From the NCBI GenBank assembly GCA_028867025.1, contig JAGWHC010000001.1:275198-339197 (forward strand): DNA of 64,000 nucleotides, read 5' to 3'. The position numbers and the translations under genes are program-made. This DNA comes from Candidatus Micrarchaeota archaeon. GTDB taxonomy: Archaea; Micrarchaeota; Micrarchaeia; Micrarchaeales; CABMGC01. Positions 44,541 through 54,468 of this stretch are shown here, one piece after another. Position 1 is the stretch's first letter; each line of letters begins with the position of its first letter. The notes beneath the pieces are model-generated. The model did not search any database. It was given only the letters and a program-made list of their open reading frames with translations, and was not told the DNA's origin.

Positions 44541-46460
44541 GTGCCAGTGAGTCAAATGCAAGAAGAACAGGATGAGTATAACGCATCCAAAATTGTCGTG
44601 CTTGAGGGAACGCAGGGCATAAGGAAAAGGCCCGCGATGTACATAGGCACAACAAGCAGTGCAGGTGCGCTGCATCTCCTTTTTGAGGTGCTGGACAACG
44701 CCGTTGACGAGGCTCTTGCAGGGTACGCGAAGAACATTTCAATTACCTTGACTCAGGACGAAACCGGGGACATAGGGGAGGTGAACGATGACGGACGAGG
44801 CATGCCAGTAGACATAATGCCCAAGTTCAACAAGAGCGCTGTAGAGATTATAATGACAACGCTCCACAAGGGAGCGAAGTTCACCAACGACACCTACAAG
44901 ATATCGGGAGGCCTGCACGGAGTGGGGCTCACAGTGGTCAATGCGCTTTCAGAGTTTACCGATGTTTCTGTGGCAAAGGATGGGAAAAACTACAAGCAGA
45001 CGTTTTCAAGAGGCGTTCCGACCAGCGCCTTGGAAACTCTGGGAGATGCGCAGGGCAACGGTACGACGGTCAAGTTCAAACCTGACCCTCAGATCTTTCC
45101 ATCCCCAAGGTTCGATTCGGCGCAGCTGAAGGACAGGCTCAGATATCTTAGTTTCCTCAACCCCAAGCTCCGGATAAGGCTTACTGACAACAGGTTCAAC
45201 ACCCACGAGGAGGAAACGTTCTTCTCCGAGAAGGGGATTGAGGACTTCATGAGGTACATAAACAAGGACCAGCAGACAGTCACGAACGTCATCCACGAAA
45301 AAAGGCAGGAAGAAGGCATGGTCATAGAGTTCGCCATGCAGTACGTCAACTCCTATGACGAAAGGCTCGAAGCCTTTGTAAACAACATAAGAACCGCGGA
45401 AGGCGGCACACACGTTATAGGATTCCACGCTGGTCTTTCAAGGGCGGTGATCAATTACCTGGCTAGGAACAACAAGAACGGCGCGAAGGTGACAGGAGAC
45501 GACACCAGAGAAGGTTTGGCTGCTATACTCAGCGTCCTCATGCCCAATCCTGAATTCGAGGGCCAGACAAAGGAGAAGCTCGGCAACTCCACAGTAAAGA
45601 GCATAGTCGAGACAAGCGTCTACTCGTTCCTGTCCAGATACTTCGAGGAACACCCCGCAGAGGCGCGAGGCGTGATAGAGAAGGCGATAAACGCGATGAA
45701 CGCCAGGGAGAGTGCAAGGCGCGCACGCGAGCTGGCAAGAAAGAAGAACATATTCGAGAGCGCTGTGCTCCCTGGCAAACTCGCAGACTGCATAGAGGAC
45801 GATCCGGAGAAGACAGAGCTTTTCATAGTCGAGGGCAAGAGCGCCGGAGGTTCAAGCAAGGAGGGGAGGAACAAGCAGATACAGGCAATACTGCCGCTGA
45901 GGGGCAAGATACTCAATGTGGAGAAGGCCAGCGAAGAAAGGATATTCGAGAGCGCTGAGCTGAACGTGCTCGTCACCGCCCTGGGCACTGGCATAAGGGA
46001 AACCTTCAACCCGGAGAAGACGAGGTACAAGAAGATAGTCATAATGAGCGACGCAGACGTTGACGGAGAGCACATCAGGACATTGCTGCTTACGTTCTTC
46101 TACCGCTACATGAAGAAGCTGATAGAGAACGGCTATATCTACATAGCCCAGCCACCGCTCTACAAGGTCACATCAGGCAAGAGTATCAGTTACTGCTACA
46201 CGGACGAAGAGCTTGAGGCAAAAAGGAAGGAGTACGATGGAAAGATGGAGGTTCAAAGATACAAGGGCCTCGGGGAGATGAACGCCGAGCAGCTGTGGGA
46301 GACCACGATGAACCCAGAAAACAGGATACTCAAGAAAGTCGGCATATCTGACGCTGAGAGGGCGAACAGCCTCTTTACGATCCTAATGGGAGTGGATGTG
46401 CATCCGAGGAGGAAGTTCCTTGAGGAACACTCAGGAGACGTGAAGTTCCTGGACATATAG
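44541..46460 (+). CDS. gyrB: DNA gyrase subunit B (short type)
   Basis: IRKRPAMYIG, EVLDNAVDE, DDGRG.P, SGGLHGVG, PLRGKILNV, DADVDG.HI and QRYKGLGEMN. Alternative ATG at 44556. Confidence 0.95.
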   Translation: MPVSQMQEEQDEYNASKIVVLEGTQGIRKRPAMYIGTTSSAGALHLLFEVLDNAVDEALAGYAKNISITLTQDETGDIGEVNDDGRGMPVDIMPKFNKSAVEIIMTTLHKGAKFTNDTYKISGGLHGVGLTVVNALSEFTDVSVAKDGKNYKQTFSRGVPTSALETLGDAQGNGTTVKFKPDPQIFPSPRFDSAQLKDRLRYLSFLNPKLRIRLTDNRFNTHEEETFFSEKGIEDFMRYINKDQQTVTNVIHEKRQEEGMVIEFAMQYVNSYDERLEAFVNNIRTAEGGTHVIGFHAGLSRAVINYLARNNKNGAKVTGDDTREGLAAILSVLMPNPEFEGQTKEKLGNSTVKSIVETSVYSFLSRYFEEHPAEARGVIEKAINAMNARESARRARELARKKNIFESAVLPGKLADCIEDDPEKTELFIVEGKSAGGSSKEGRNKQIQAILPLRGKILNVEKASEERIFESAELNVLVTALGTGIRETFNPEKTRYKKIVIMSDADVDGEHIRTLLLTFFYRYMKKLIENGYIYIAQPPLYKVTSGKSISYCYTDEELEAKRKEYDGKMEVQRYKGLGEMNAEQLWETTMNPENRILKKVGISDAERANSLFTILMGVDVHPRRKFLEEHSGDVKFLDI

Positions 46461-46467
46461 TGGTTTT

Positions 46468-48891
46468 TTGGCAGATTTGAAGAATGTTGTACTGGAGGAA
46501 GAGCTGCAGTCCAGCTACCTCGATTACGCGATGAGCGTAATCATAGGCAGGGCCATACCCGACGCAAGGGACGGCATCAAGCCTGTGCAGAGGCGAATCC
46601 TCTACGCAATGTACAAGATCAGCAACACGCACGATAGGCCTACGAAGAAGAGCGCGACAATCGTGGGAGAGGTAATAGGCCATTTTCACCCCCACGGCGA
46701 CATACCTATTTATGACGCGCTGGTCAGGATGGCGCAACCCTTCGCAATGAACCATACGCTTGTCGAAGGCCAGGGCAACTTCGGGTCAATAGACGGGGAC
46801 CCGCCTGCAGCCATGCGTTACACAGAGGTAAGACTGGCGAAAATATCGGATGAGCTACTTACTGACTTGGACAAGGAGACCGTAAACTTCCTTCCGAATT
46901 TCGACAACACCGAAAGAGAACCAGAGATACTGCCAACAAAGCTTCCGAATCTGCTTGTGAACGGTGCAGGGGGAATAGCCGTTGGGGTCGCGACAAGCAT
47001 ACCTCCGCATAATCTTGCAGAAGTGTGCGATGCGATGCTGTACGTGCTTGACCACAAAGAGGCAACAGTAGAGGAGATACTCGGAATAATCAAGGGTCCA
47101 GATTTCCCCACGGGAGGGATTGCGATAATGAGCCAGAATGCCACCAACGGCTACAAATACGGGCGCGGGCAGCTCACTGTCAGGGGCAAGGTCAATGTGC
47201 AGGCCGACGAGGGCAGGATCACCATTACCGAGATACCGTACAACGTCAACAAAGCATCATTCGTAGAGAACATTGCGAACCTCGCAAGAGAGAGAAAGAT
47301 AATCGGCATAAGGGACATCAGGGACGAGAGCGACAGGCAAGGGATAAGCATAAAGATCGACCTGACGAGGGACGCGAACGCAGACCAGATACTCAATCAA
47401 CTGTACAAACATACGCAGCTCGAAACCACATTTCCATTGATTCCGCTTGCAGTGACGGGCAAGGTACTCAAGAGCTTCAGCATAACCCAGCTGCTGAGCA
47501 CTTTCATAAACTACAGGAGGGAGATAGTAGGAAAGAGAAGCCAGTTTGAGCTAAAAGTGGCCAAGGATAGGCTGCACATAGTCCAGGGCCTACAGATAGC
47601 CGTCGCCCAGATAGACCGCGTGGTGAAGACGATAAGGGACTGCAAGGAGATAGGAGAGGCACGCGCCATGCTCATGGCCCACTACTCGCTTTCAGAAAAG
47701 CAGGCAAACGCGATACTCGACATGAAGCTGAGCAGGCTTACTCAGCTCGAGAACAGGTCGCTCAACAAGGAGGCTGACGAGCTGAACGAGCGGATCAAAT
47801 ACTACTCAGACGTCCTCGCCGACCCATCCAAGATCGACGACATCATAAAGCAGGAGACTCTGGACCTGAAGAAGAAGTACGGCAGGCCCAGAAAGACCGA
47901 GATAGTGCAGATGGAGCAGCAGTTTGAGATACAGGACGAGGACATGGTGAGCGATGAAAGGGTCAGTGTCATACTCACCAATTCAGGCTATGTCAAGAAG
48001 ATGGGCATAGCCAGCTACAAGGACCAGGAGAGAGGAGGCAAGGGCATTATCGCAATGAACCTCAAGGAGGGAGATTTCGTAAAGCACATGATAGCGCCGC
48101 GCAACAAGGACTACGTGCTCTTCATCTCCAATCTTGGCAGGCTGTACTGGCTCAAGGCATACAACATACCGGAAGGCAGCAGGTACTCTGAGGGCAGGTC
48201 GATAGTAAACCTGCTCAACCTGAAGGACGAGAGCATAGTTACGATGTTCAGGATAAAGGATTTCGAAACATCGAGCGTGGTGTTCCTCACCGCAAAAGGC
48301 CAAGTAAAGAGGACAAGCGCAAAGCTCTTCTCAAAACCCAGGGCCACGGGTGTCCGGGCAATTTCATTGAACGAAGGGGATGAGATAGCTGACGCCATGG
48401 TGGTGAGAGACGACCAGAAATACATAATAGTAGCAACGAAGAACGGCAAGTCGATAAGATTCGGCATAGACGACGTGCGCCAGATGGGTAGATCTGCGGC
48501 AGGGGTAAGGGGAATAAGGTTGCACGAAGGGGACGTTGCAAAGAACCTTATAGCGGCGGGAGAGGAAGGCAGCATACTCACCGTTTCGGAGAAGGGCTAC
48601 GGAAAGATAACAGACATAGCCGAATACAGGATGCAGGGCAGAGGAGGCGGAGGCGTCCTAAACCTTAAGGTGAACGACAAGACAGGCCCCGTCGCAAAGG
48701 CGCTCTTCCTGCGCAAAGAGCCGAAACTTCTCCTGATCAACTCGAAGGGTGTGAGTATCATGATGCCCATATCCTCGATAAGGGTTACAGGAAGGGCGGC
48801 AAGCGGCGTTAGGTTGATGAAGGTCGAGCCAGGTGCCAAAGTAATAGACGCGAGGCTGATGGAAGACTCAACTGCAGGAACGGAGGCATAA
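46468..48891 (+). CDS. gyrA: DNA gyrase subunit A
   Basis: SYLDYAMSVI.GRAIPD.RDG, HPHGD, catalytic AAMRYTE, GyrA-box QERGGKG and a beta-pinwheel CTD. Confidence 0.95.
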   Translation: MADLKNVVLEEELQSSYLDYAMSVIIGRAIPDARDGIKPVQRRILYAMYKISNTHDRPTKKSATIVGEVIGHFHPHGDIPIYDALVRMAQPFAMNHTLVEGQGNFGSIDGDPPAAMRYTEVRLAKISDELLTDLDKETVNFLPNFDNTEREPEILPTKLPNLLVNGAGGIAVGVATSIPPHNLAEVCDAMLYVLDHKEATVEEILGIIKGPDFPTGGIAIMSQNATNGYKYGRGQLTVRGKVNVQADEGRITITEIPYNVNKASFVENIANLARERKIIGIRDIRDESDRQGISIKIDLTRDANADQILNQLYKHTQLETTFPLIPLAVTGKVLKSFSITQLLSTFINYRREIVGKRSQFELKVAKDRLHIVQGLQIAVAQIDRVVKTIRDCKEIGEARAMLMAHYSLSEKQANAILDMKLSRLTQLENRSLNKEADELNERIKYYSDVLADPSKIDDIIKQETLDLKKKYGRPRKTEIVQMEQQFEIQDEDMVSDERVSVILTNSGYVKKMGIASYKDQERGGKGIIAMNLKEGDFVKHMIAPRNKDYVLFISNLGRLYWLKAYNIPEGSRYSEGRSIVNLLNLKDESIVTMFRIKDFETSSVVFLTAKGQVKRTSAKLFSKPRATGVRAISLNEGDEIADAMVVRDDQKYIIVATKNGKSIRFGIDDVRQMGRSAAGVRGIRLHEGDVAKNLIAAGEEGSILTVSEKGYGKITDIAEYRMQGRGGGGVLNLKVNDKTGPVAKALFLRKEPKLLLINSKGVSIMMPISSIRVTGRAASGVRLMKVEPGAKVIDARLMEDSTAGTEA

Positions 48892-48897
48892 AAGAGC

Positions 48898-51666
48898 TTA
48901 TCTCCAGTACTTCTTGGTCCTCACAAAATTCTTCTGAGCCTCGATGAGGTCTATCAGAAACTGTCTGTGGCTTTTCCTGAGCTGCTTCAGCGTTCTTGCC
49001 GCAGTCATGGCACCAATCCCATACACCGACAGTGCAGCGATCGCTCTGCTTCCATAGGCTTCGACAAGCCCGGCCTCGCGCAACGCTTCCTTGTAGTTCT
49101 TGCTCTCCATGAAATCAAGCGACTTGCCCGCAATCTTCTTCTTCACAGCTGACGCTTTTGCATCGCTGTTCATCGCCACCATTGGGCTCTTGCATCTCGG
49201 GCACGCCACAGTCTCGTCTTTCTGCACCGAAACCTGCCTCCCGAATTCCATGCCACAATACGTGCACAGCAGCTCGATCTTCTTCTCGTTTATCTTATGC
49301 TCGAGCTCGTTTATCGACGCCTCGTCGGGAAGCACCGGAAGAAGCAGCTCCCTGTAGTTATACGTCGCCCGCATTATCTCTTCAGCCAGCGGAGACGCAG
49401 CTCCCTCGAGCACGCTGATGTGCACCGTGCCTTTCCTGAGTCCTGCTATGAACGCGAGCGCGCTGCCCAGGTCAAAGTAGTTTTTCTTCAGGTCCCTTAT
49501 GGTTTCCTCAGCTATAGCGGAATCCTTGTAGAAGCTTACGAGCCTGTCAGCGTTGCTCTTCGTTATCGTTGCCTTCTTCTCGACCACTCCGAAGAGCTTG
49601 CACACCTGCACGAACTTGTACCTGAAGAGATCTGTGCTCGCTATGAAACTGTCGCTGCTTACTATGCCCTCGAGGTCGTAGTTCTTCATCGTCTCGAATA
49701 TTTTTCTGGTGCTGGGTCTCCTCTTCACCCCACCATAGTCTATTATCAGAGCATACGGCGTAACCTTGACAGGCACTCTGTTTCCTGCCGCCTGCGATGC
49801 GACATAAGCCACCACCTTTCCAAGGAACTCGTTGGCTCTCTTCCCAAGCGGCATGTGCACGACTGCGTAGCCCTCCAGTTCTTCTATTACAAGCTTGCTT
49901 TCTGATGGGGCGAAATATTTTTTCTGCGATTCGATAAAACCTTCGACCGCATTAGCAGTGGGCTTCCCCAGGACATCGACTTCCTGTGGCAGGCCCCTTT
50001 CGAAGATTTCATAGACGCCCTTGGCGGTTGCCTCTGATACCGGTATGTCCTCGCCCTCCCAGTCAGGTATCGCCGCCTCGAACTCCTCGCTCTGCTCAAC
50101 GAACACAGTATCCTTTTCGATGCTTACCACCTTCCACGGCAGGCCCTTCGTTATGAACGTTGCGCCCTCCTCAAGATAGTTGGCAGCGAACTGCTCGTCA
50201 ACTGTTGATATAACCCTGTTCCCCACCGTGCTCTTGACAAAAAACCGCACAGTATCAGGAATCACGCTTATGTTTGAGAAGAAGTAGCCGCGCGACCTGT
50301 AGCCTATGCCCGCACTTTTGTCCTTCACCCTGATCAGCCGCTCCCCGTCAAGGAAATTCAGCACTTTCTCGAACGTGGAGTCGCTGACCGATGCGTAAGG
50401 GGCAGATCTCCTGATTATCTCAAGCATTCTCTTGAGTTCTATCTTCTTGTACTCGAGCACAAACGCGCATATCTGGTTGGCTAGCACATCAAGCGCGTTT
50501 TCCTCTATCGAAGGGATCTCTATCTTCCCCATGCCCATCTGCCTGATTATCGAGATGGATTCAAGAGCCTCGATGTTGTTTGCAACTATTATCTTTCCGT
50601 ACGAGACCTCACTCGCCCTGTGGCCTCCCCTTCCGACTCTCTGCACGAGCCTTGTCACTTGGCGCGGAGAGCCGTACTGAATTACGAGGTTTATCGACCC
50701 GATGTCTATCCCGAGCTCGAGGGAGCTGGTGGCTATTATGCTCTTCACCTTTCCTTCCTTGAACTCGTTTTCCACCTTTATCCTCTCCTCCTTGTCGAGA
50801 GAGCTGTGATGCACGCCTATGCCTCCAAACTGCTCCAGCCTGTTGAAATACACGAGCTTGCTGCCAAGCGACTCTACCACCTGTCTCGTGTTCGCGAATA
50901 TAAGCGTAGATTCGGAGCCCTTCACGAGATCGGAGATCCTCTCTATCCTGGCGAGAGTCGACGCATCAAGGTTGAATTTTTGCTTGAATTCAGAGTAGGC
51001 TTTTCCCGGGTGGTGCGGCATCTCTATGTTTACCTTTATCTCCTTCTCTCCCTTTGCGTCAATTAGCGAGCATGGTCCCGTGCTGCAAAGGAACCTTCTT
51101 GCTTCCTTTGAGTTGCCTATTGTGGCGCTGATTCCAATCCGCTGGTACCCGCCTGCCAGTTCGGCAAGGCGTTCAAGCGCTACCGCAAGCTGGGCTCCCC
51201 TCTTGTTCGCGTACAGCTCATGGAGCTCGTCCACTATTACCGCGCGCACGTTGGCAAGCGCGCTCCTCAGCCTCGGAGAGAGAAAGAGGTTCTGCAGAGT
51301 TTCAGGCGTTGTTATCAGCACCTCGGGAGGAGACGCTGCCTGCAGCTGCCTTTCTTTGGTAGGGGTGTCGCCGTGCCTGACAGATATGCTTATCCCAAGT
51401 TCCCTTGCCATTACCTCCAGTCTTTTCATCAGGTCCCTGTTGAGCGCCCTCAATGGAGTGATGTAGATGAGCCTTATCCCCTTCCTCTCGTTCTCGTTCA
51501 GCAGGCGCTTGAAGAGAGGAAGCACCGCGGCCTCGGTTTTGCCGCTCCCTGTGGGAGCGGTTATTATGCAGTTCTCTCCCTTCTCCACGTGCGCAAGCGC
51601 GGCTTTCTGCACATCGGTGAAGCTGCCGAATTTCTTCAGGAAAATCTCGTATGGATCAGCAGGCAT
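48898..51666 (-). CDS. lhr: Lhr-like SF2 helicase with C-terminal Cys4 zinc ribbon
   Basis: APTGSGKTEA, YITPLRALNRD, RHGDT, TTPE, VDELHE, HHSSL, TSSLELGIDIG and QRVGR.GH; CTYC..CPRC. Confidence 0.93.
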   Translation of the reverse strand: MPADPYEIFLKKFGSFTDVQKAALAHVEKGENCIITAPTGSGKTEAAVLPLFKRLLNENERKGIRLIYITPLRALNRDLMKRLEVMARELGISISVRHGDTPTKERQLQAASPPEVLITTPETLQNLFLSPRLRSALANVRAVIVDELHELYANKRGAQLAVALERLAELAGGYQRIGISATIGNSKEARRFLCSTGPCSLIDAKGEKEIKVNIEMPHHPGKAYSEFKQKFNLDASTLARIERISDLVKGSESTLIFANTRQVVESLGSKLVYFNRLEQFGGIGVHHSSLDKEERIKVENEFKEGKVKSIIATSSLELGIDIGSINLVIQYGSPRQVTRLVQRVGRGGHRASEVSYGKIIVANNIEALESISIIRQMGMGKIEIPSIEENALDVLANQICAFVLEYKKIELKRMLEIIRRSAPYASVSDSTFEKVLNFLDGERLIRVKDKSAGIGYRSRGYFFSNISVIPDTVRFFVKSTVGNRVISTVDEQFAANYLEEGATFITKGLPWKVVSIEKDTVFVEQSEEFEAAIPDWEGEDIPVSEATAKGVYEIFERGLPQEVDVLGKPTANAVEGFIESQKKYFAPSESKLVIEELEGYAVVHMPLGKRANEFLGKVVAYVASQAAGNRVPVKVTPYALIIDYGGVKRRPSTRKIFETMKNYDLEGIVSSDSFIASTDLFRYKFVQVCKLFGVVEKKATITKSNADRLVSFYKDSAIAEETIRDLKKNYFDLGSALAFIAGLRKGTVHISVLEGAASPLAEEIMRATYNYRELLLPVLPDEASINELEHKINEKKIELLCTYCGMEFGRQVSVQKDETVACPRCKSPMVAMNSDAKASAVKKKIAGKSLDFMESKNYKEALREAGLVEAYGSRAIAALSVYGIGAMTAARTLKQLRKSHRQFLIDLIEAQKNFVRTKKYWR

Positions 51667-51670
51667 ATCT

Positions 51671-53308
51671 CTAGCCAAAAGGTATGAAGGCGCTTCCAAG
51701 GACAGTCCGCGTTGTGTTCGAAACGGTATAGTTGAGCGCTAGCGTCAGGTGGATGTTGAGAGCCGTTCCGTTTATCGGCGTAGAGACGCTGTAGCAGGTC
51801 GCGTTCGCTGTCGTACTCCCTCCGCTTTGGAGCGTTTTGTTTACCGTGAAGCCCACAATCCCTGCTATTTGATAGCACTTGATGCTGTTGAGCGTGGCCG
51901 AGGCATTGAGCTTGTTGGTGATCTTGAGCGATATGTTGCCTTTGCTGTAGCTGACGTTGCCGCATCCGAAAGAGTCGTTGAACTCGCACGTGTCTATCAC
52001 TCCTGACTTGAAAACTACAGAGGGGCCGCTGACGTTTAGCTTCTGTAGTATACCTTCCGCGCTGACCGCAGCGCTCACCGCAAGCGATGTATTGACAAGC
52101 GAGAAAGCGGAAAGGTTATACCCTCCCTTGTATGCAGTTGTCCTTATCAGGGCAAAACTGCCGAACTTCCCTGATTTCAGAGGTATGTATGTGTTGCAGT
52201 ACGATGTGCCGTTGGCCTCGCCTATAAGGCCGAAGCATGTGGCGTTGATTGAGGTGCCGTTGGATATCGTGTCGTACACGAACGTGCTGTTGCTCACAAT
52301 CGAAAGCCTGGCAATGTAGTCGCCGCTCCTGGAAACCAAGCTGTAGTTAGCGAGCGAGGTCGAGTTGGGGATGAAAAGCGCAGCTCCAAACCTTGAGCCC
52401 AATCCCTGCATCTGCACCGGGTTGAAGTCCGCGCTGCTCTCGTTTATGATTGTGTAGCATGGGACAGAGTTCTTTTCCGCAAGCACCTGCAGCCAACCCC
52501 CTGCATACCAGCCGCAGAACGTTGTGTCATTCAGCATCTTTACGTAGATCACGGTTCCTGCTGCCGTGGTCACGTTTGCCGTGCTGAGGTGGGATCCGAT
52601 GGTTGCCGCCGAGAAGATGCTTGGCGAAAGGTAACCCTTTACCCAGATTGAATAGACTGCGCTGCCGTTGTTCGAGTAATTCGCCTCCCCGACAGACATG
52701 TTCTTTATGTAATACGAGGTCAGGTTGAAGATCGGCTTTAGGAAAGCGTCAAGCTGCCTGTTGCCAGTCAGCGTGAATGTGCTCACGTTGAACTGGTCAT
52801 AGAGATATGAGCCCAGAAGGTATGCGCCGTTTGTAAGTGTCGCATGCCTGAACAGGGTGATGTTGCTCTTGGGTAGAAGTGAAGAAGGCGATGCGTTCTC
52901 CGGCACAAGCACGCTGAGCGACGCATATGCCTGCGAGTGCGACCTGTCCCCTATGTTGTAAAGCTTGCTCGGATCGGCAACGACGCTTATGGCATAGCTT
53001 CCTGGCAGCGTCGGCGAGTAGTTGAATATGATCGTAGCCTGCTTGCCAGCAGGGAGCGTCACCTTGTAGAGCGTCGTGAGGTTGCCGTTCACCAGCACCC
53101 CCAGGCTCATGTTTGATACGGCATTGCTGCCGTTGTTGAAGACGTTTATGTCAAACTGAGACTTCTGGTAGGGATATATTTGCGCGTTCGCCGCCGGGCT
53201 GATTCCGAGAGCTATGCTTATTGTTGGCTGGTAGAAGAACCTGAAGTAGAAGGCTACCGCTGCTATGGCCACAATGAGCACCGCCCACAGATAAACCTCT
53301 CTCCTCAC
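51671..53308 (-). CDS. Membrane-anchored surface glycoprotein with CARDB/Ig-like domain
   Basis: N-terminal TM; V.N.G..PG.Y.I.V.ADP CARDB-like motif; many N-x-S/T sequons; Cys pairs; GTG start overlaps the upstream TGA. Confidence 0.75.
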   Translation of the reverse strand: MRREVYLWAVLIVAIAAVAFYFRFFYQPTISIALGISPAANAQIYPYQKSQFDINVFNNGSNAVSNMSLGVLVNGNLTTLYKVTLPAGKQATIIFNYSPTLPGSYAISVVADPSKLYNIGDRSHSQAYASLSVLVPENASPSSLLPKSNITLFRHATLTNGAYLLGSYLYDQFNVSTFTLTGNRQLDAFLKPIFNLTSYYIKNMSVGEANYSNNGSAVYSIWVKGYLSPSIFSAATIGSHLSTANVTTAAGTVIYVKMLNDTTFCGWYAGGWLQVLAEKNSVPCYTIINESSADFNPVQMQGLGSRFGAALFIPNSTSLANYSLVSRSGDYIARLSIVSNSTFVYDTISNGTSINATCFGLIGEANGTSYCNTYIPLKSGKFGSFALIRTTAYKGGYNLSAFSLVNTSLAVSAAVSAEGILQKLNVSGPSVVFKSGVIDTCEFNDSFGCGNVSYSKGNISLKITNKLNASATLNSIKCYQIAGIVGFTVNKTLQSGGSTTANATCYSVSTPINGTALNIHLTLALNYTVSNTTRTVLGSAFIPFG

Positions 53309-53787
53309 TGCACCACGTCCATAGCTCCCTTGTTCCTGAGCTCGCGGATTGCCTCCCCTATCTTGCCTGAAATCTCCTTGTAGTCGGATTCGTAGAGGCC
53401 ACTGGCCCAAGTCAGTGCGTCATACCTGTCGCCCATCGCCGGGGGCTTGAGATAGAACTTCCCCTGCGAGTTCTCCACGAGGCCCATCTTCTTCATGCGC
53501 AGCAAATGATACCTGAGCGTCTTCTCGTTCATTACCTCCCAATTCTTGGTTATGTACTCCTGCAGCTCGGCCACAGACGGGTCGCTTTTCCTCACGAACT
53601 GGAAGTTCAGTAGCGCGTCAAGCACAGCAACCGAGCTAAGCCTCGATTCTCCAGGGTTTATGACGCCGAGCGAGAGGGCGAGCCAGCGCACTATCGACCT
53701 GCGCGTCTCAAGTACCTCCTTGGTGAGGCGCATGTTCCTAAGTGTCACCTCCTTGTCTATGAGTTCGGATTCGCTTAGCTCTGCCAT
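53305..53787 (-). CDS. Winged-helix domain protein
   Basis: EKTLRYHLLRMKKMGLVE...GKFYL; WLALSLG..PGESR. Confidence 0.75.
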   Translation of the reverse strand: MAELSESELIDKEVTLRNMRLTKEVLETRRSIVRWLALSLGVINPGESRLSSVAVLDALLNFQFVRKSDPSVAELQEYITKNWEVMNEKTLRYHLLRMKKMGLVENSQGKFYLKPPAMGDRYDALTWASGLYESDYKEISGKIGEAIRELRNKGAMDVVQ

Positions 53788-53867
53788 AAACCAAACCAAA
53801 ATGTTGTCAGATGAACGCTTATATCTTTATCCCGCTAGATTTATATGCGGTTCCTGCGGTGCAAGCG

Positions 53868-54092
53868 ATGCCGAGATACTACAAGGTGTACGACAGCAAG
53901 CAAATCCTCTTCGTGACCGTCGATGACGGTGGAGCTGTCATAATCAAGGACGAGGGGGGAAGGAAGGTTTTCCTCTCCAAATATCAGGCAAAGCTTATGA
54001 AATTTGGGATAGAGAATCTACTCAAGAACCTCTTCGAGGGCGTCGATTCCAAGGACGTGCACATCGAGGAGCTAAGGGAACCTGCTAGATAG
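53868..54092 (+). CDS. Small hypothetical protein
   Basis: ATG ORF downstream of a TTTATA box, directly upstream of prefoldin. Confidence 0.6.
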   Translation: MPRYYKVYDSKQILFVTVDDGGAVIIKDEGGRKVFLSKYQAKLMKFGIENLLKNLFEGVDSKDVHIEELREPAR

Positions 54093-54099
54093 TGGGACG

Positions 54100-54462
54100 A
54101 TGGCACAACAAACAAACCAAACCGGAAACGAGGCAGAAAAGACGGTGCGCGATTACCAGATGTTGCAGGAGCAACTGCGTTCCGCCACGCTCCAGCTCGA
54201 CCAGCTCCAGATCCAGAAGGCTGAGCTCGAGAAGGCGAAAGACGAGGTCGGAGGCGCCAGCGGGAAGGTCTACATCACCGTGGGGAGCGTGATAGTCGAG
54301 ACGAGCAAGGACAAGGCGCTCTCAGACATAAAGGAGAAAGCGGAGCTCACTGAAGTGAGGATAGGTTCGCTGACGAAGCAGCTCAACGAGCTCAAGACCA
54401 AGGAGAAGACGCTCAGCGAGAAGATAACGCAGCTGTACAAGCAGAGCCAGGGAACGGGCTGA
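54100..54462 (+). CDS. pfdB: Prefoldin beta subunit
   Basis: Two coiled coils around the VY..VGSV.VE beta hairpin; followed by a DHH gene as in other archaea. Confidence 0.9.
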   Translation: MAQQTNQTGNEAEKTVRDYQMLQEQLRSATLQLDQLQIQKAELEKAKDEVGGASGKVYITVGSVIVETSKDKALSDIKEKAELTEVRIGSLTKQLNELKTKEKTLSEKITQLYKQSQGTG

Positions 54463-54468
54463 TCAGCG

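Noticed and set aside
44541-48891. Topoisomerase IV (parE/parC)
   Set aside because: A GyrA-box QERGGKG and a full-length CTD are present.
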